Both the position numbers and the translations under genes were made by a program. From the NCBI GenBank assembly GCA_965219995.1, contig CBDCOX010000002.1, forward strand, positions 4,160,001 through 4,224,000: 64,000 nt of DNA, in the 5' to 3' direction. The notes under the pieces are model-generated. The model was not told the origin of the DNA, ran no database searches, and saw nothing but the letters and a program-made list of their open reading frames with translations. This DNA is from Candidatus Latescibacterota bacterium. GTDB taxonomy: Bacteria; Latescibacterota; UBA2968; GCA-2709665. Shown one piece after another: positions 31,093 through 42,543 of the stretch (positions are counted from its first letter, which is position 1; every line of letters begins with the position of its first letter).

Positions 31093-31446
31093 AGTGTTCT
31101 TTCCCGGAAATTAGTCGCCTGAATTCGGTCGGAGAAAAGCAGCGATCAGCTCTCAGCCGTCAGCTTGAACCAAGAGCGAGAATCAACTTCAAAATCTCCC
31201 TTTCCCCAGATTTCCTAAAGGCGGGGAGACGTAAGACGGGAGACGGGAGATGATATCAGTGCCATATGGTATTTCTTGTCGTTACGATAAAGGTAGAGAA
31301 ACAGGCACGGTTAGCGTGAAAACACTGTGGTAACGTTATCCTCTACCGTCTCACGTCTAACGTCTAACCGAAGTCAGGAGATCACAACGCAGCGACAAGG
31401 TATGAATCTGCGGAAGAATGGTGAGGTATTCTTGGGACAGGACACT
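31093..31446. mobile_element. MITE-like non-autonomous element (~354 bp)
   Basis: Ends AGTGTTCTTTCCCGGAAAT / ATTCTTGGGACAGGACACT are inverted; both ends are shared with 47705-48052. Confidence 0.65.
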
Positions 31447-31478
31447 GAAACTGAGCGCTTTATACAGGGAGACGAGTA

Positions 31479-32276
31479 ATGGCAACGAGCGAACCGACGG
31501 TGCAGAGATTGTTTGACTTGACCGGAAAGGTGGCGCTGGTGACGGGCGGTACGGGGTTTCTGGGATCGGCGTTCGCCAGCGCGCTGGCCGAGGCGGGGGC
31601 GAGGGTCGTCATCAGCAGCAGAGAGCGCAGCCGCGCCGAGGCAGCGGTCGCGACGTTGCCTGGCGACGCCGCTCATGTGGGCGTTCGGCTGGACCATATG
31701 GATGGGGGATCCATCGAAGCCGGTTTTGCCGATGCGGTGGAAGCAACCGGCCAGATCGACGTACTGGTCAACAACGGTAACGAAGGCGTGCTGAACGACT
31801 GGACGGACGTGACGCACGAACAGTTCGCGAAGCAACAGGGAAACGTTGCCGGATATTTCACGCTTGCCAGGCTGGTGCGAAACGATGCCGTGGAGCGGGG
31901 TGAGCCCGCGAGCGTTGTGATGCTCGGGTCCATGTACGGTCAGGTGGCGTCCTACCCGGACGCATACGCGGGAGTGTGTCCGGCCAGCCCCGCGGCCTAT
32001 CACGCATTGAAGGGCGGTATCATCCACGTGACGCGCCACCTGGCGGTCTACTGGGCGGCGGACCGCGTGAGGGTGAATTGTCTGAGCCCGGGGCCGTTTC
32101 CCAACATGCGCAAGGCGCCGCATGAAATGGTGGAACGTTTGTGCACGAAGAGTCCCATGGGTCGCATGGGGGAACCGCATGAACTGAAGGGGGCGATCGT
32201 GTTTCTTGCGAGCGACGCGAGCAGCTACATGACCGGCCAGAATCTGACCATCGACGGCGGCTGGACGGCGTGGTAG
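31479..32276 (+). CDS. Short-chain dehydrogenase/reductase
   Basis: TGGTGFLG, LVNNG, S..YHALKGG, NCLSPG and MTGQNLTIDGG motifs. Confidence 0.93.
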   Translation: MATSEPTVQRLFDLTGKVALVTGGTGFLGSAFASALAEAGARVVISSRERSRAEAAVATLPGDAAHVGVRLDHMDGGSIEAGFADAVEATGQIDVLVNNGNEGVLNDWTDVTHEQFAKQQGNVAGYFTLARLVRNDAVERGEPASVVMLGSMYGQVASYPDAYAGVCPASPAAYHALKGGIIHVTRHLAVYWAADRVRVNCLSPGPFPNMRKAPHEMVERLCTKSPMGRMGEPHELKGAIVFLASDASSYMTGQNLTIDGGWTAW

Positions 32277-32333
32277 TGTTCTGTCCCGGAAACAAGCTGC
32301 GTGAACTCCACCGTTGCGACTGGAGGATCTGAG

Positions 32334-33686
32334 GTGAATGAACAGAACACGGCGTCCGGCGAGCATTCAGTCGCCCGCTCGATGGCGGTCTATGAGCGGG
32401 CGCTGGAGGTGATCCCTGGCGTGACGCAGTTGCTCAGCCGCCGTCCCACACAGGCGGCGCTCGGGGTCAGCCCGGTGTACGCCGCCCGGGCGAAGGGGTG
32501 CCGGATCCGGGACATCGACGGCAACGAATACGTGGATTGGATGAGCGGGGTCGGGCCGATCATACTGGGCTATGCGGACGACGTCGTGGACGCGGCAGTG
32601 AAGGAACAGATCGAACGAGGCGGCGTCTGCAGTATCGTGCACGAAAGCGCCGTGGAACTGGCCGAGGAACTGGTGCGGCTGATTCCGTCGGCGGAGATGG
32701 TTCGCTACGCGAAGGGCGGGGGCGAGGCGTGTACCGTCGCCGTGCGGATCGCGCGGGGGGTTACGGGACGGGACCACGTTCTGTTCTGCGGTTATCACGG
32801 ATGGCACGACTGGTACCTGGCGGCGAATCTGGGCGAGGAACGGCTCGACGGTCACCTCCGCCCGGGAATCGAGCCGATCGGTGTGCCGCGTGTGCTCGAG
32901 GGCACGGCAATCCCGTTCGAATACGGCGATCTGCAAATGCTCGAGGACCTTCTGAAGGCGAACCGGAACGAAGTGGCGTGCATCATGATGGAGCCGATGC
33001 GCACGGAGCTGCCGCCGGCGGGATATCTGGAGGGTGTTCGCGAACTGGCAACGAAGTACGGCGTGGTCCTGATTTTCGACGAAGTATCCTGCGGCTTCCG
33101 AATCGCGCTTGGCGGGGTACAGGAGTACACGGGCGTGGTTCCGGACCTGTCCGTGTTCGCGAAAGCGATCTCAAACGGGTATCCGATGGCTGCCGTGGTC
33201 GGCAGGCGGGAGGTGATGGAGCCGGTCTCGAGGATGTTCATTTCGAGCGCCTACTGGGACGACCCGATCGGGACCGTGGCCGCGTTGACGACGCTGAGGG
33301 AACTGGAGCGGCGGAACGCGGTCGCCCACTTCGAACGGATCGGACAGTCGTTCAAGGAGCGGATCAACCGGGCGGCGAGAGAGGTAGGCGTGAACGCCGA
33401 ATGCGTGGGCATTGCCGCCCATCCGGGCATCCGGTTTCAGGTTGACGACCCGGAGACCGCCCGGAAGGTGACGACGCTGTTCATCCAGGAAAACGCGAAA
33501 CGGGGACTGATCCTGTCCACGGGCTTCTTCTTCAATACCGCGCACGACGACGCGGCGCTGGACCACACCGAGGCGGCGGTGAGGGAGAGTTTCGCGGTGA
33601 TCAGGGATGGATTGGAGAACCGGCGGCTGGATGCGCTGCTGCAGTGCGAGATGCGGGAGGACCTGTTCAGGCGCCTGGTGAGTTGA
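32334..33686 (+). CDS. Class III PLP aminotransferase (GSA-aminomutase-like)
   Basis: DIDGNEYVD, GYHGWHD, LIFDEV..GFR and FAKAISNGYP motifs. Confidence 0.9.
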   Translation: MNEQNTASGEHSVARSMAVYERALEVIPGVTQLLSRRPTQAALGVSPVYAARAKGCRIRDIDGNEYVDWMSGVGPIILGYADDVVDAAVKEQIERGGVCSIVHESAVELAEELVRLIPSAEMVRYAKGGGEACTVAVRIARGVTGRDHVLFCGYHGWHDWYLAANLGEERLDGHLRPGIEPIGVPRVLEGTAIPFEYGDLQMLEDLLKANRNEVACIMMEPMRTELPPAGYLEGVRELATKYGVVLIFDEVSCGFRIALGGVQEYTGVVPDLSVFAKAISNGYPMAAVVGRREVMEPVSRMFISSAYWDDPIGTVAALTTLRELERRNAVAHFERIGQSFKERINRAAREVGVNAECVGIAAHPGIRFQVDDPETARKVTTLFIQENAKRGLILSTGFFFNTAHDDAALDHTEAAVRESFAVIRDGLENRRLDALLQCEMREDLFRRLVS

Positions 33687-33705
33687 CGGCTGAACGCATG
33701 TCCGT

Positions 33706-35187
<1,482 letters not shown>

Positions 35188-35590
35188 TTATCGGAAAATC
35201 CGGGTTGTAATCCGCCCTTTTCAAACCGGGCCGAATATACACAGAAACAGGAGTTGCGTAAAGGGTAAATTTCGCTAGAAAACGGGTCTGCTCCAGTGTC
35301 GCTTTGGTGGCTATCCAGGGTAAACGTGAAACGGACCTCGGCCGTCGTCGGGAAACGCGAGGTCTACGACTTGATCGAATGGGTATTGTTCTTTGACGTG
35401 TGGTTAGCGTGTGTCGTGGAAGATGATGTCGAATCCTTTGAGGGTTTCTGGCTCGGCCTTTGAGACTCCAACCGCATAACGTATTGTTGCGGACCTCGAT
35501 TCGGGTTTAAGTATCGATGTTCTCTTGGATAATATCCCGTTTTGGCGTATAACCCTGGTTACCGCGGGCATGCATAATATACAACTAAAA

Positions 35591-35657
35591 AATAGCTATT
35601 AAAAGATTAATATAAATATATTTTTTATTTGACAAATAGCTGCTTTTTGGTTATTGT
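35591..35657 (+). promoter_or_regulatory. AT-rich promoter/operator of the RHH-GNAT-XRE cassette
   Basis: TTGACA(35629)-N17-TATTGT; AATAGCTATT palindrome and repeated AAATAGCT. Confidence 0.6.
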
Positions 35658-35697
35658 TTTCTGCATAATCTCCAGACGATCAAAGGGGGACGAATTG

Positions 35698-35910
35698 ATG
35701 GGCGCCAAGAGGACAATGACACTTAACCTCACAGTAGCAGAGATGGATGTGCTGGAAGAACTGAGCGCAAAGAAAGAGCTAAGCAAGACTGCCCTTTTGC
35801 GTCAGGCATTGCGGATATATCAATTGATCGAGGTAAGGCTTGAAAGTGGCGCAAAGCTGTTCTTCGAGGATGAGAAGACCGAGAAAAAGGCCGAGGTCAT
35901 GCTGCTGTGA
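35698..35910 (+). CDS. Ribbon-helix-helix (CopG-like) protein
   Basis: RBS AAAGGGGG; TMTLNL beta-strand followed by LEELSAKKELSKTALLRQALRIY. Confidence 0.8.
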   Translation: MGAKRTMTLNLTVAEMDVLEELSAKKELSKTALLRQALRIYQLIEVRLESGAKLFFEDEKTEKKAEVMLL

Positions 35911-36542
35911 CCGCGGCGATTTCGGTAGTCCATCTCTTCAACGTGGCTCGCGGCGAATCGGAAGCTGCCGAGCTGTCCGATGCCATCACGGAGCGGCACC
36001 TCGCTGATTGGGAAGGCGAGTGGATGCCCGCCTTGTTCAACGCGATACGGCGCCTCAAGCGAAAGGGGGTTCCGACGCGGGAATGGCCGCAGAGCAGCCA
36101 TTGGAATTGGCGCAGAAAAGTTAACGCGCTATACGGGATTCTGGCCAGTCCGGGTTTCAGCATCGTCTGCAATGGAATGACGCAGGGTCTGATGATGGTT
36201 GACACGGCGACGCACAAATGTCGAGTCGATGCCCAGAAGGGCAAGCACCTCGTGTACGTTGAGTACGTCGAAAACGCACCCTGGAATCGCCCGGAGTTAT
36301 TCGATCCGCCGCGATTCCGCGGTGTTGGAAGCATTCTAATCAGGGCTGCCGTCGCACTGAGCGAGGAGTTGGAGTTTCGGGGACGAATCGGCCTCCATTC
36401 GCTGCCTCAGGCAGATAGCTTTTATGCCAATACCTGTGGCATGACCGATCTGGGGACCGATCTCGACTATGAGGGTTTGCGCTACTTCGAGATGACACCC
36501 AAACAGGCGCGGGCTTTCGTTACGAGGGGGAGATTGCCATGA
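35907..36542 (+). CDS. GNAT-fold acetyltransferase
   Basis: LVYVEYVENAPWN, acetyl-CoA motif RFRGVGSILI, GRIGLHSLP.A..FY...GM; GTGA overlap with the upstream gene. Confidence 0.85.
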   Translation: MTAAISVVHLFNVARGESEAAELSDAITERHLADWEGEWMPALFNAIRRLKRKGVPTREWPQSSHWNWRRKVNALYGILASPGFSIVCNGMTQGLMMVDTATHKCRVDAQKGKHLVYVEYVENAPWNRPELFDPPRFRGVGSILIRAAVALSEELEFRGRIGLHSLPQADSFYANTCGMTDLGTDLDYEGLRYFEMTPKQARAFVTRGRLP

Positions 36543-37021
36543 AGTTGAGAATCAGTAAGGAGTGGTGCACTCGGATGGCAGAACTGGAGGGAGACACCGA
36601 AATCGGAGCCGGTCGCCTGGCAATCGATCCGCATTTTGACGGTGAAACTATCCCCGTCGTCGACAGATTCGACGAACCCAATATCGCCTTCGGTCGTTTA
36701 AACAACCTCATGCGCCGCCGCCGAGGCTTGAGCATTGAGGGGCTTGCCATGGCGGCGAACGTGACCGTAACAGAACTGGTCGAGATCGAAAGCGACGTTC
36801 GTTATAAGCCGAAGTTGCAGACGATCGATAAACTGGCCAGCTACTTCAATTTGCCTCGGTCCGGTCTAATGCAGATGGCAGGACTGACAGCTTCGAAGGA
36901 TGCACGCCTGTCTGAACGGGCAGTTCGCTATGTCGCCCGTGCGGAGTCGACTGCGGAACTGACGCCTGAAGAGAACGCGGCGTTGGAAGGGTTCATGGCT
37001 GTTCTCAGCGAGCAGAAATAG
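36539..37021 (+). CDS. XRE-family HTH transcriptional regulator with N-terminal extension
   Basis: FGRL..LMRRRRGLSIEGLA..ANV....LVEIE....P....I.KLA.YF; ATGA overlap with the upstream gene. Confidence 0.85.
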   Translation: MKLRISKEWCTRMAELEGDTEIGAGRLAIDPHFDGETIPVVDRFDEPNIAFGRLNNLMRRRRGLSIEGLAMAANVTVTELVEIESDVRYKPKLQTIDKLASYFNLPRSGLMQMAGLTASKDARLSERAVRYVARAESTAELTPEENAALEGFMAVLSEQK

Positions 37022-37155
37022 CTGAAACGCATTGTCGTTGTACTACGTTGACCCGGGGTGTCGAGTTCTTCGCCGAAATTCACCTCAACGTTGCTTTCTC
37101 GGACTCACTCAAAGAATCCCTTTGCAGATGTGGTGTTCCGTCGTTGATAATCCTT

Positions 37156-38238
37156 TCATTTCATCAGATGGATGCTGCCATTCATACTCCGCAGCTTGAC
37201 AACGGCGTCGCCGCCGTCTCCGACGTCGCCCTTCAGCCGGTTTCTGGATTTGCGCCCAGCTTCGACGGCAAAATCGCTGCGGACGCGCCCGTTGCTCGTT
37301 TTGGCGTCAATATGGCCCGACCAGTCGGCTGGAAGCGTCAGTTTGACGGAGCCGTTGTTTGTGGCGGCGGTTACCTGGCCGAGAATTTCACTCACCTCCA
37401 TCTTGATCGATCCGTTTGTGGTCAGCAGCTTCGCGGCGTCGACCAGCCGTTTGGCCTGGACTGAGATCGATCCGTTGACCGTCTGGGCGGTAATCGGGCC
37501 GGTTTCCGCATCCAGTTTCACCGAGCCATTGACGCTTTCCGCGTCGACCGCCCCCTGGGTTCCGCGGGACCTGATTCCGCCCTGGACGGTGCTGAGACGC
37601 AATGCCATCGCCCGCGGCGTTTCGATTTCATAGCGAATGACCACATTGACGCCGCCGGGCGGCGTGGGATGTTCGGCGGAAACGCGAAGCTCGTCGCCGA
37701 CCTGTTCGGCGCGGACCTCGACTTCCCGTTCGAAATCTTCCGTTACGGAACGTCGCCCGTGGACCGCTTTCCACGCGCGGACAACGATCCGGTCGCTGTC
37801 CGTTCCCGTGAGGGAGATCGAGCCGTTGACGGTTTCCGCGCGGACCGCCGCGATGTTCTCGGCATCGAATGTCCATTCCTGCGGATCCCCGGCCCCCCGT
37901 TCTCCGGTGTCCCGTTCCCATCTGGCCGCGGTATCGGCGACGGTCGACGTCGCCTGATCGACAGCCTCGTTCACCATCTTCCCGATGTCCTGCCACCGGA
38001 CCGACTCCATCGCTTTGCCCACCTCGTTCTCGATTTCCCGTCCCAGGTCGCTGAAGGCCTCAGTGAATCTGTCGAAGTTGCCCTTCCTCCCCCCGCGTCG
38101 CACCTCTTCCGTGTCGGTTTCTTCGTCCAGGCGGGACGGCTCATCGAGCGCGCGCAATAACATATCGGCCTCTTCGGGGTTGATTTTCCCGTCCGAAAGC
38201 ATTTTGAGGATTTCCAGTCTTTCCGTGCTCATCGTCAT
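37156..38238 (-). CDS. SHOCT-like N terminus plus DUF4097 beta-strand repeat protein (YvlB/LiaX-like)
   Basis: ERLEILKMLSDGKINPEEA..LL.AL; repeated T.NGSI units. Confidence 0.85.
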   Translation of the reverse strand: MTMSTERLEILKMLSDGKINPEEADMLLRALDEPSRLDEETDTEEVRRGGRKGNFDRFTEAFSDLGREIENEVGKAMESVRWQDIGKMVNEAVDQATSTVADTAARWERDTGERGAGDPQEWTFDAENIAAVRAETVNGSISLTGTDSDRIVVRAWKAVHGRRSVTEDFEREVEVRAEQVGDELRVSAEHPTPPGGVNVVIRYEIETPRAMALRLSTVQGGIRSRGTQGAVDAESVNGSVKLDAETGPITAQTVNGSISVQAKRLVDAAKLLTTNGSIKMEVSEILGQVTAATNNGSVKLTLPADWSGHIDAKTSNGRVRSDFAVEAGRKSRNRLKGDVGDGGDAVVKLRSMNGSIHLMK

Positions 38239-38624
38239 TTCCTCCCCATTTGCTTTATCTGTTCGGCCGCTTCCTCCGCGGATATCTCTCCTTCATTTAG
38301 CCGTTTCAGGATCTCGCGGCGTTTGTCGGAGCTTTCACCGGGAGCGGGCGCATCGGCCCGGACTTCGTAGCCAAGTTCCGCGATGACGGCGTTCAGGCGG
38401 TTGCGAACGGTGGGGTAGGAGATCCCCAGTTCGCGCTCCATTTCCTTGATATTGCCGCGGTTCTTGACGAAACTCTCGATAAAGTCGAGGCTTTGCTGCT
38501 GCAGGCGGCAGAAGGGACAAGTGGAATATTGACTCTCGATTCTGGTGTGGCAGGTGTGACAATGCAGACCGGATATCGTCAGTTCCCCGCCGCACGTCGG
38601 ACATTTCTCCAATACTTTCCGCAC
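38235..38624 (-). CDS. DUF2089 family Zn-ribbon/HTH protein
   Basis: CPTCG...C..C.T.I, RGNIKEMERELGISYPTVRNRL and a C-terminal SHOCT-like segment. Confidence 0.9.
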   Translation of the reverse strand: MRKVLEKCPTCGGELTISGLHCHTCHTRIESQYSTCPFCRLQQQSLDFIESFVKNRGNIKEMERELGISYPTVRNRLNAVIAELGYEVRADAPAPGESSDKRREILKRLNEGEISAEEAAEQIKQMGRK

Positions 38625-39013
38625 GGTTTGTTTGCTCCTTTGTTGTCAGCACATGGTGATTCGACGATAACGATTGCGGATGTAGATCTCCGCCCGGCGA
38701 CCTTTCGCAGGCCGTCCCGCCGGGCAAAGTGCCTTGCGCGTGGTCAGACGGCGGGGTATCTTGATTCATTGCCATCTGCAATCGCGCGGGAAACCGCACG
38801 ACGGCCCGCAGTTCGCACCCGACGGTCGGGTGACGCACATCCTGCTTTCTCAGGAATATAGCATGAAATAGTCAATTTGGCAATATATCGTGTTAAAATA
38901 AATCAAAAGTGTGAAAAATTATACATATTTTTTTCTATTAGAATAAAATTTTAATTCGACTGTCCTGATGGGGGTGGCGTTCGAATCGGTGGCCATGGGG
39001 AGGTTGACACGGG

Positions 39014-40192
39014 ATGACTGCAGGCGATCTTGAATACGCGATGTTTTCCCGTAAGGAGATGGCGCGGCGGTATGCTCGCGCGCGGGAGGAGATGGATCGG
39101 CGCGGGATGAATGCGCTGTTTATCACTGGCGAGGAGAACTTCCAGTATTTCGCCGGCGCGGCGGCGAGCGCGGCCTTGCATGCGTCACTGACCCGACCGT
39201 CGATTCTTATCCTGCCCCTGGATGGGGCGCCGATTGTCGTCACACAGGGACAGGACAACCTGGCGATGGGGTCCTACGTGACCGATGTGCGCGGGTACGC
39301 CGACCTGTTCGCGTTTCCGCAAGCGGTCGTGATCCGGGCGCTGCGGGATGCCGGAGCGACCGGAGGTTCCGTTGGCGTGGAATTGGGGCTGGAGCAGCGG
39401 ATGGGCATGCCGGTGGGGGCGTATCAGGACCTGACCGCGGCGATGCCCGACGTCGCGTTTGTCGACGCGGCGGAAGCGATCGTAAGGCTCCGGATGGTGA
39501 AGTCGGAGGAAGAGATCGCGTATTTCCGGCAGGCGGCAGGGGTGACGGACAGGGCGCGGCAGCGGCTGTTCGGAATGATTCGCCCCGGGATGACGGAGCG
39601 GGAGACCGTCCGTCTGTTGCGCCGGCTGATTCTGGAAGAAGGCGGCGACGGGACTTCGTTTGTCATGCTGCTGCTGGGCATCCCCGGCTCCCGGAACCCG
39701 TTCGGTTACGACAGGCCGCTGGAAGCCGGTCAGGTCATCGGCGTCGACACGGGTGCCCGCGTGGGCATGTATACGATTGACTATACCCGATGGGGCGTTC
39801 TCGGCCCCGCGACAGACGGGTTGAGGCGGATGTACGACGCGCTTCTGGAGGTGAATCGTACGATGGCCGCGAACCTGGGCCCCGGCGTGAAGTGTTCCGA
39901 AATCTACCGCATAGGGATCGAAGCGATCGAAAGAGCGTGTTCGGACGTGAATGGACTGGAGCGGTTCGGGCCTTCCCGCATGGGACACGGGCAGGGAATG
40001 CTGATCACGGAGCCTCCGAGCATTCACCCGGATGATCAGACAATGCTGAAACCCGGGATGGTTCTGAGTACCGAGCCGGGATTGACCGCGGAAGGCACCC
40101 AGATGCTCTGGGAGGACGTCTATGTGATTTCGGAGGACGGATGCGAGCAGATCACACCGGAAACCGACGAGCTTCGGGAGATTCCGTGCTGA
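39014..40192 (+). CDS. Xaa-Pro peptidase family (M24) protein
   Basis: LRMVKSEEEI, D.G....Y..D.TR, GHGQG..ITEPP, TEPG and EDV motifs. Confidence 0.9.
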   Translation: MTAGDLEYAMFSRKEMARRYARAREEMDRRGMNALFITGEENFQYFAGAAASAALHASLTRPSILILPLDGAPIVVTQGQDNLAMGSYVTDVRGYADLFAFPQAVVIRALRDAGATGGSVGVELGLEQRMGMPVGAYQDLTAAMPDVAFVDAAEAIVRLRMVKSEEEIAYFRQAAGVTDRARQRLFGMIRPGMTERETVRLLRRLILEEGGDGTSFVMLLLGIPGSRNPFGYDRPLEAGQVIGVDTGARVGMYTIDYTRWGVLGPATDGLRRMYDALLEVNRTMAANLGPGVKCSEIYRIGIEAIERACSDVNGLERFGPSRMGHGQGMLITEPPSIHPDDQTMLKPGMVLSTEPGLTAEGTQMLWEDVYVISEDGCEQITPETDELREIPC

Positions 40193-40320
40193 ACGGTTGA
40201 TGCCTGTTGATATTGTGGACGCGATGGCTTAGTTTGTGATTAAATCACAGGCGTGCACACACACGCGAAACATCTGATTTCATTCAGATCCGGAATTCTG
40301 AGATTCCGGACAGAGCGAGT

Positions 40321-42528
40321 ATGTCAACCCGTAGCGTATTGCCCGGAACCGAACAGCTCAACGTTGAGGGCGACCTGGCCGCCGCCATGGTCGCCGGTAT
40401 CGATCGATACCTCGAGCGCGAAACCCAATCCGCACGGACGGCCCGAGACGCCCGAATGTCGACGACTTCGAACGAGGCGCTTCGGCAACGCCTTTCGGAC
40501 ATGCTGGGTCTTATCGATTCCCGCGATAGCGGAACGATCCGGACGGTTTCGCCCATTGGCGGACCGACTGAAGTAGCTTCCGGTCAGGGCTACCGGATCT
40601 TCGAAGTCAGCTGGCCGGCGCTCAGGGGTGTGGACGGCGAAGGACTCCTGCTGGAGCCCGAAAGGCCGCCGGCTGCAAACGTGATTGCCCTGCCGGACTG
40701 TGATTTCACGCCGGAGCAATCGGCCGGACTGCATCCCCGCATTCCGGCATCCGCCCAGTTTGCGCGGCGCCTTGCGGAAGATGGATGCCGTGTGCTCGTT
40801 CCTTTGCTCATGGATCGTCGATGCGACCATTCAGGACACCCCGACATCGGCATGACCAACCAGCCGCACCGGGAATTCATCTACCGCGCCGCGTATGAGT
40901 TGGGCCGTCACATCATCGGATACGAAATACAAAAGGTCCTTGCCGCGGTCGACGCACTGGCTTCCGACGGGCTCCAGGTTGGCCTGATCGGACATGGGGA
41001 GGGGGGCCTGCTCGCGTTTTATGCAGCGGCGATGGATGCGCGGATCGACGCCGCAACGGTCTCCGGTTACTTTCAACCTCGCGAAGACCTCTGGCACCAG
41101 CCGATCTATCGAAATCTGTTCGGCCTGCTCGGTGATTTTGGGGACGCTGAAGTCGCAACTCTGATAACGCCACGCTCGCTCGTTGTGGAAATCGCAGACC
41201 ATCCAGAAGTCGAGGGACATTCGGACGCCCGGGGCCGAAGAAAAACCGCCGCTCCGGGCCGGCTGACGACTCCGGATCCGGAAACCGTGCGGGCGGAATT
41301 CAACCGCGCCCGCGAGTTGGCCGCCTGTGACGCCGGCTCGCTCGTCCTCACCACGAGCCCGGATGGGAACCCCGGCGCGGACGCCACGCTGGACGCGTTT
41401 CTTGACGCCCTCGGCGCGTCGACATCTTCCAAGGTGTCGTCGGTCCCGCCGACCCGCGTTCGGGAAGGTGTATCTCACGACGTCCGGTCTAAACGGCAGT
41501 TCGATCAACTCCTGGATCACACGCAGTTCGCCCTGAGGGAGGCCGAATTCCGAAGAGCGGAATACTGGGCCGAAGCCGGGGGAGCCGACACCGGCTTCGA
41601 TGCGGATACGGCTGACGACTACCGCCGCCGGCTCTGGGAGGACGTCATCGGCCCGCTTCCACCCGTTTCGCTGCCTCCCAATCCACGCACGCGGCTTTTC
41701 TACGATGGCCCCGGAGTCAGGGCATATGAGGTTGTGATAGACCTGTATCCGGACGTTTTCGCGTATGGCATTCTGTTGATCCCTGAAGGGGCTCGCGAAG
41801 ACGAAAGGCATCCCGTCGTCGTCTGCCAGCACGGATTGGAGGGACGTCCTCAATCGGTGGTCGATCCCGACGGCCCACGTCACCCGTATCGCAATTTCGC
41901 ATACGATCTGGCGAAAGAGGGCTTTGTCACCTACGCGCCTCAGAACCCCTACATCGGACAGGATGCCTTCCGGGCGCTTCAGCGCAAGGCGAATCCGCTT
42001 GGACTCTCGCTGTTCTCGTTCATCGTCCGGCAGCACGAGCAGACGCTCGCCTGGCTGTCATCCCAGCCGTTCGTGGATGCCGAACGGATCGGATTTTATG
42101 GTATCAGCTATGGCGGCAAGACCGCCATGCGGGTTCCCGCCCTCGTCAAACAATACTGTCTCTCGATCTGCTCGGCGGACTTCAACGAGTGGATATGGAA
42201 GAACGCATCGGCCCGGCACCGGTACAGTTACCTGTTCTCCGGTGAATATGAGATGCCCGAGTTCAATCTTGGAAATACATTCAACTATGCCGAAATGTCA
42301 TGGCTGATCTGCCCGCGGCCCTTCATGGTCGAACGCGGTCACCACGACGGCGTCGCACCGGACGAGTGGGTGGCCTACGAATACGCAAAGACATACCGGC
42401 ACTATGCGCTGCAGGGCCTGCAAGACCGCACGGAAATCGAATATTTCAACGGCCCCCACACCATCAACGGCGCGGGTACCTTCGCGTTTCTTCGGAAACA
42501 CCTTAAGGCGGGGAGCCGTAAGACGTGA
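40321..42528 (+). CDS. Tandem alpha/beta hydrolase (dienelactone hydrolase family)
   Basis: G.GEGG in the first domain; CQHGLEG and GISYGGK nucleophile in the second domain. Confidence 0.8.
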   Translation: MSTRSVLPGTEQLNVEGDLAAAMVAGIDRYLERETQSARTARDARMSTTSNEALRQRLSDMLGLIDSRDSGTIRTVSPIGGPTEVASGQGYRIFEVSWPALRGVDGEGLLLEPERPPAANVIALPDCDFTPEQSAGLHPRIPASAQFARRLAEDGCRVLVPLLMDRRCDHSGHPDIGMTNQPHREFIYRAAYELGRHIIGYEIQKVLAAVDALASDGLQVGLIGHGEGGLLAFYAAAMDARIDAATVSGYFQPREDLWHQPIYRNLFGLLGDFGDAEVATLITPRSLVVEIADHPEVEGHSDARGRRKTAAPGRLTTPDPETVRAEFNRARELAACDAGSLVLTTSPDGNPGADATLDAFLDALGASTSSKVSSVPPTRVREGVSHDVRSKRQFDQLLDHTQFALREAEFRRAEYWAEAGGADTGFDADTADDYRRRLWEDVIGPLPPVSLPPNPRTRLFYDGPGVRAYEVVIDLYPDVFAYGILLIPEGAREDERHPVVVCQHGLEGRPQSVVDPDGPRHPYRNFAYDLAKEGFVTYAPQNPYIGQDAFRALQRKANPLGLSLFSFIVRQHEQTLAWLSSQPFVDAERIGFYGISYGGKTAMRVPALVKQYCLSICSADFNEWIWKNASARHRYSYLFSGEYEMPEFNLGNTFNYAEMSWLICPRPFMVERGHHDGVAPDEWVAYEYAKTYRHYALQGLQDRTEIEYFNGPHTINGAGTFAFLRKHLKAGSRKT

Positions 42529-42543
42529 GACGGGAGAGGATCC

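Noticed and set aside
28739-31093. 784-aa minus-strand ORF and similar long antisense ORFs (e.g. 16696-17961, 18172-19548, 40831-42036, 44568-45884, 60000-61316)
   Set aside because: They lie opposite well-supported genes; stop-codon scarcity is expected from GC-rich codon bias; no motifs.
35280-35575. Possible transposase or integrase remnant before the RHH-GNAT-XRE cassette
   Set aside because: Only a ~55-aa ORF without recognisable motifs; no att or TIR identified.
38640-38850. GC-rich hairpins upstream of DUF2089 as an ncRNA
   Set aside because: No recognisable family motif; such hairpins are expected at this GC content.
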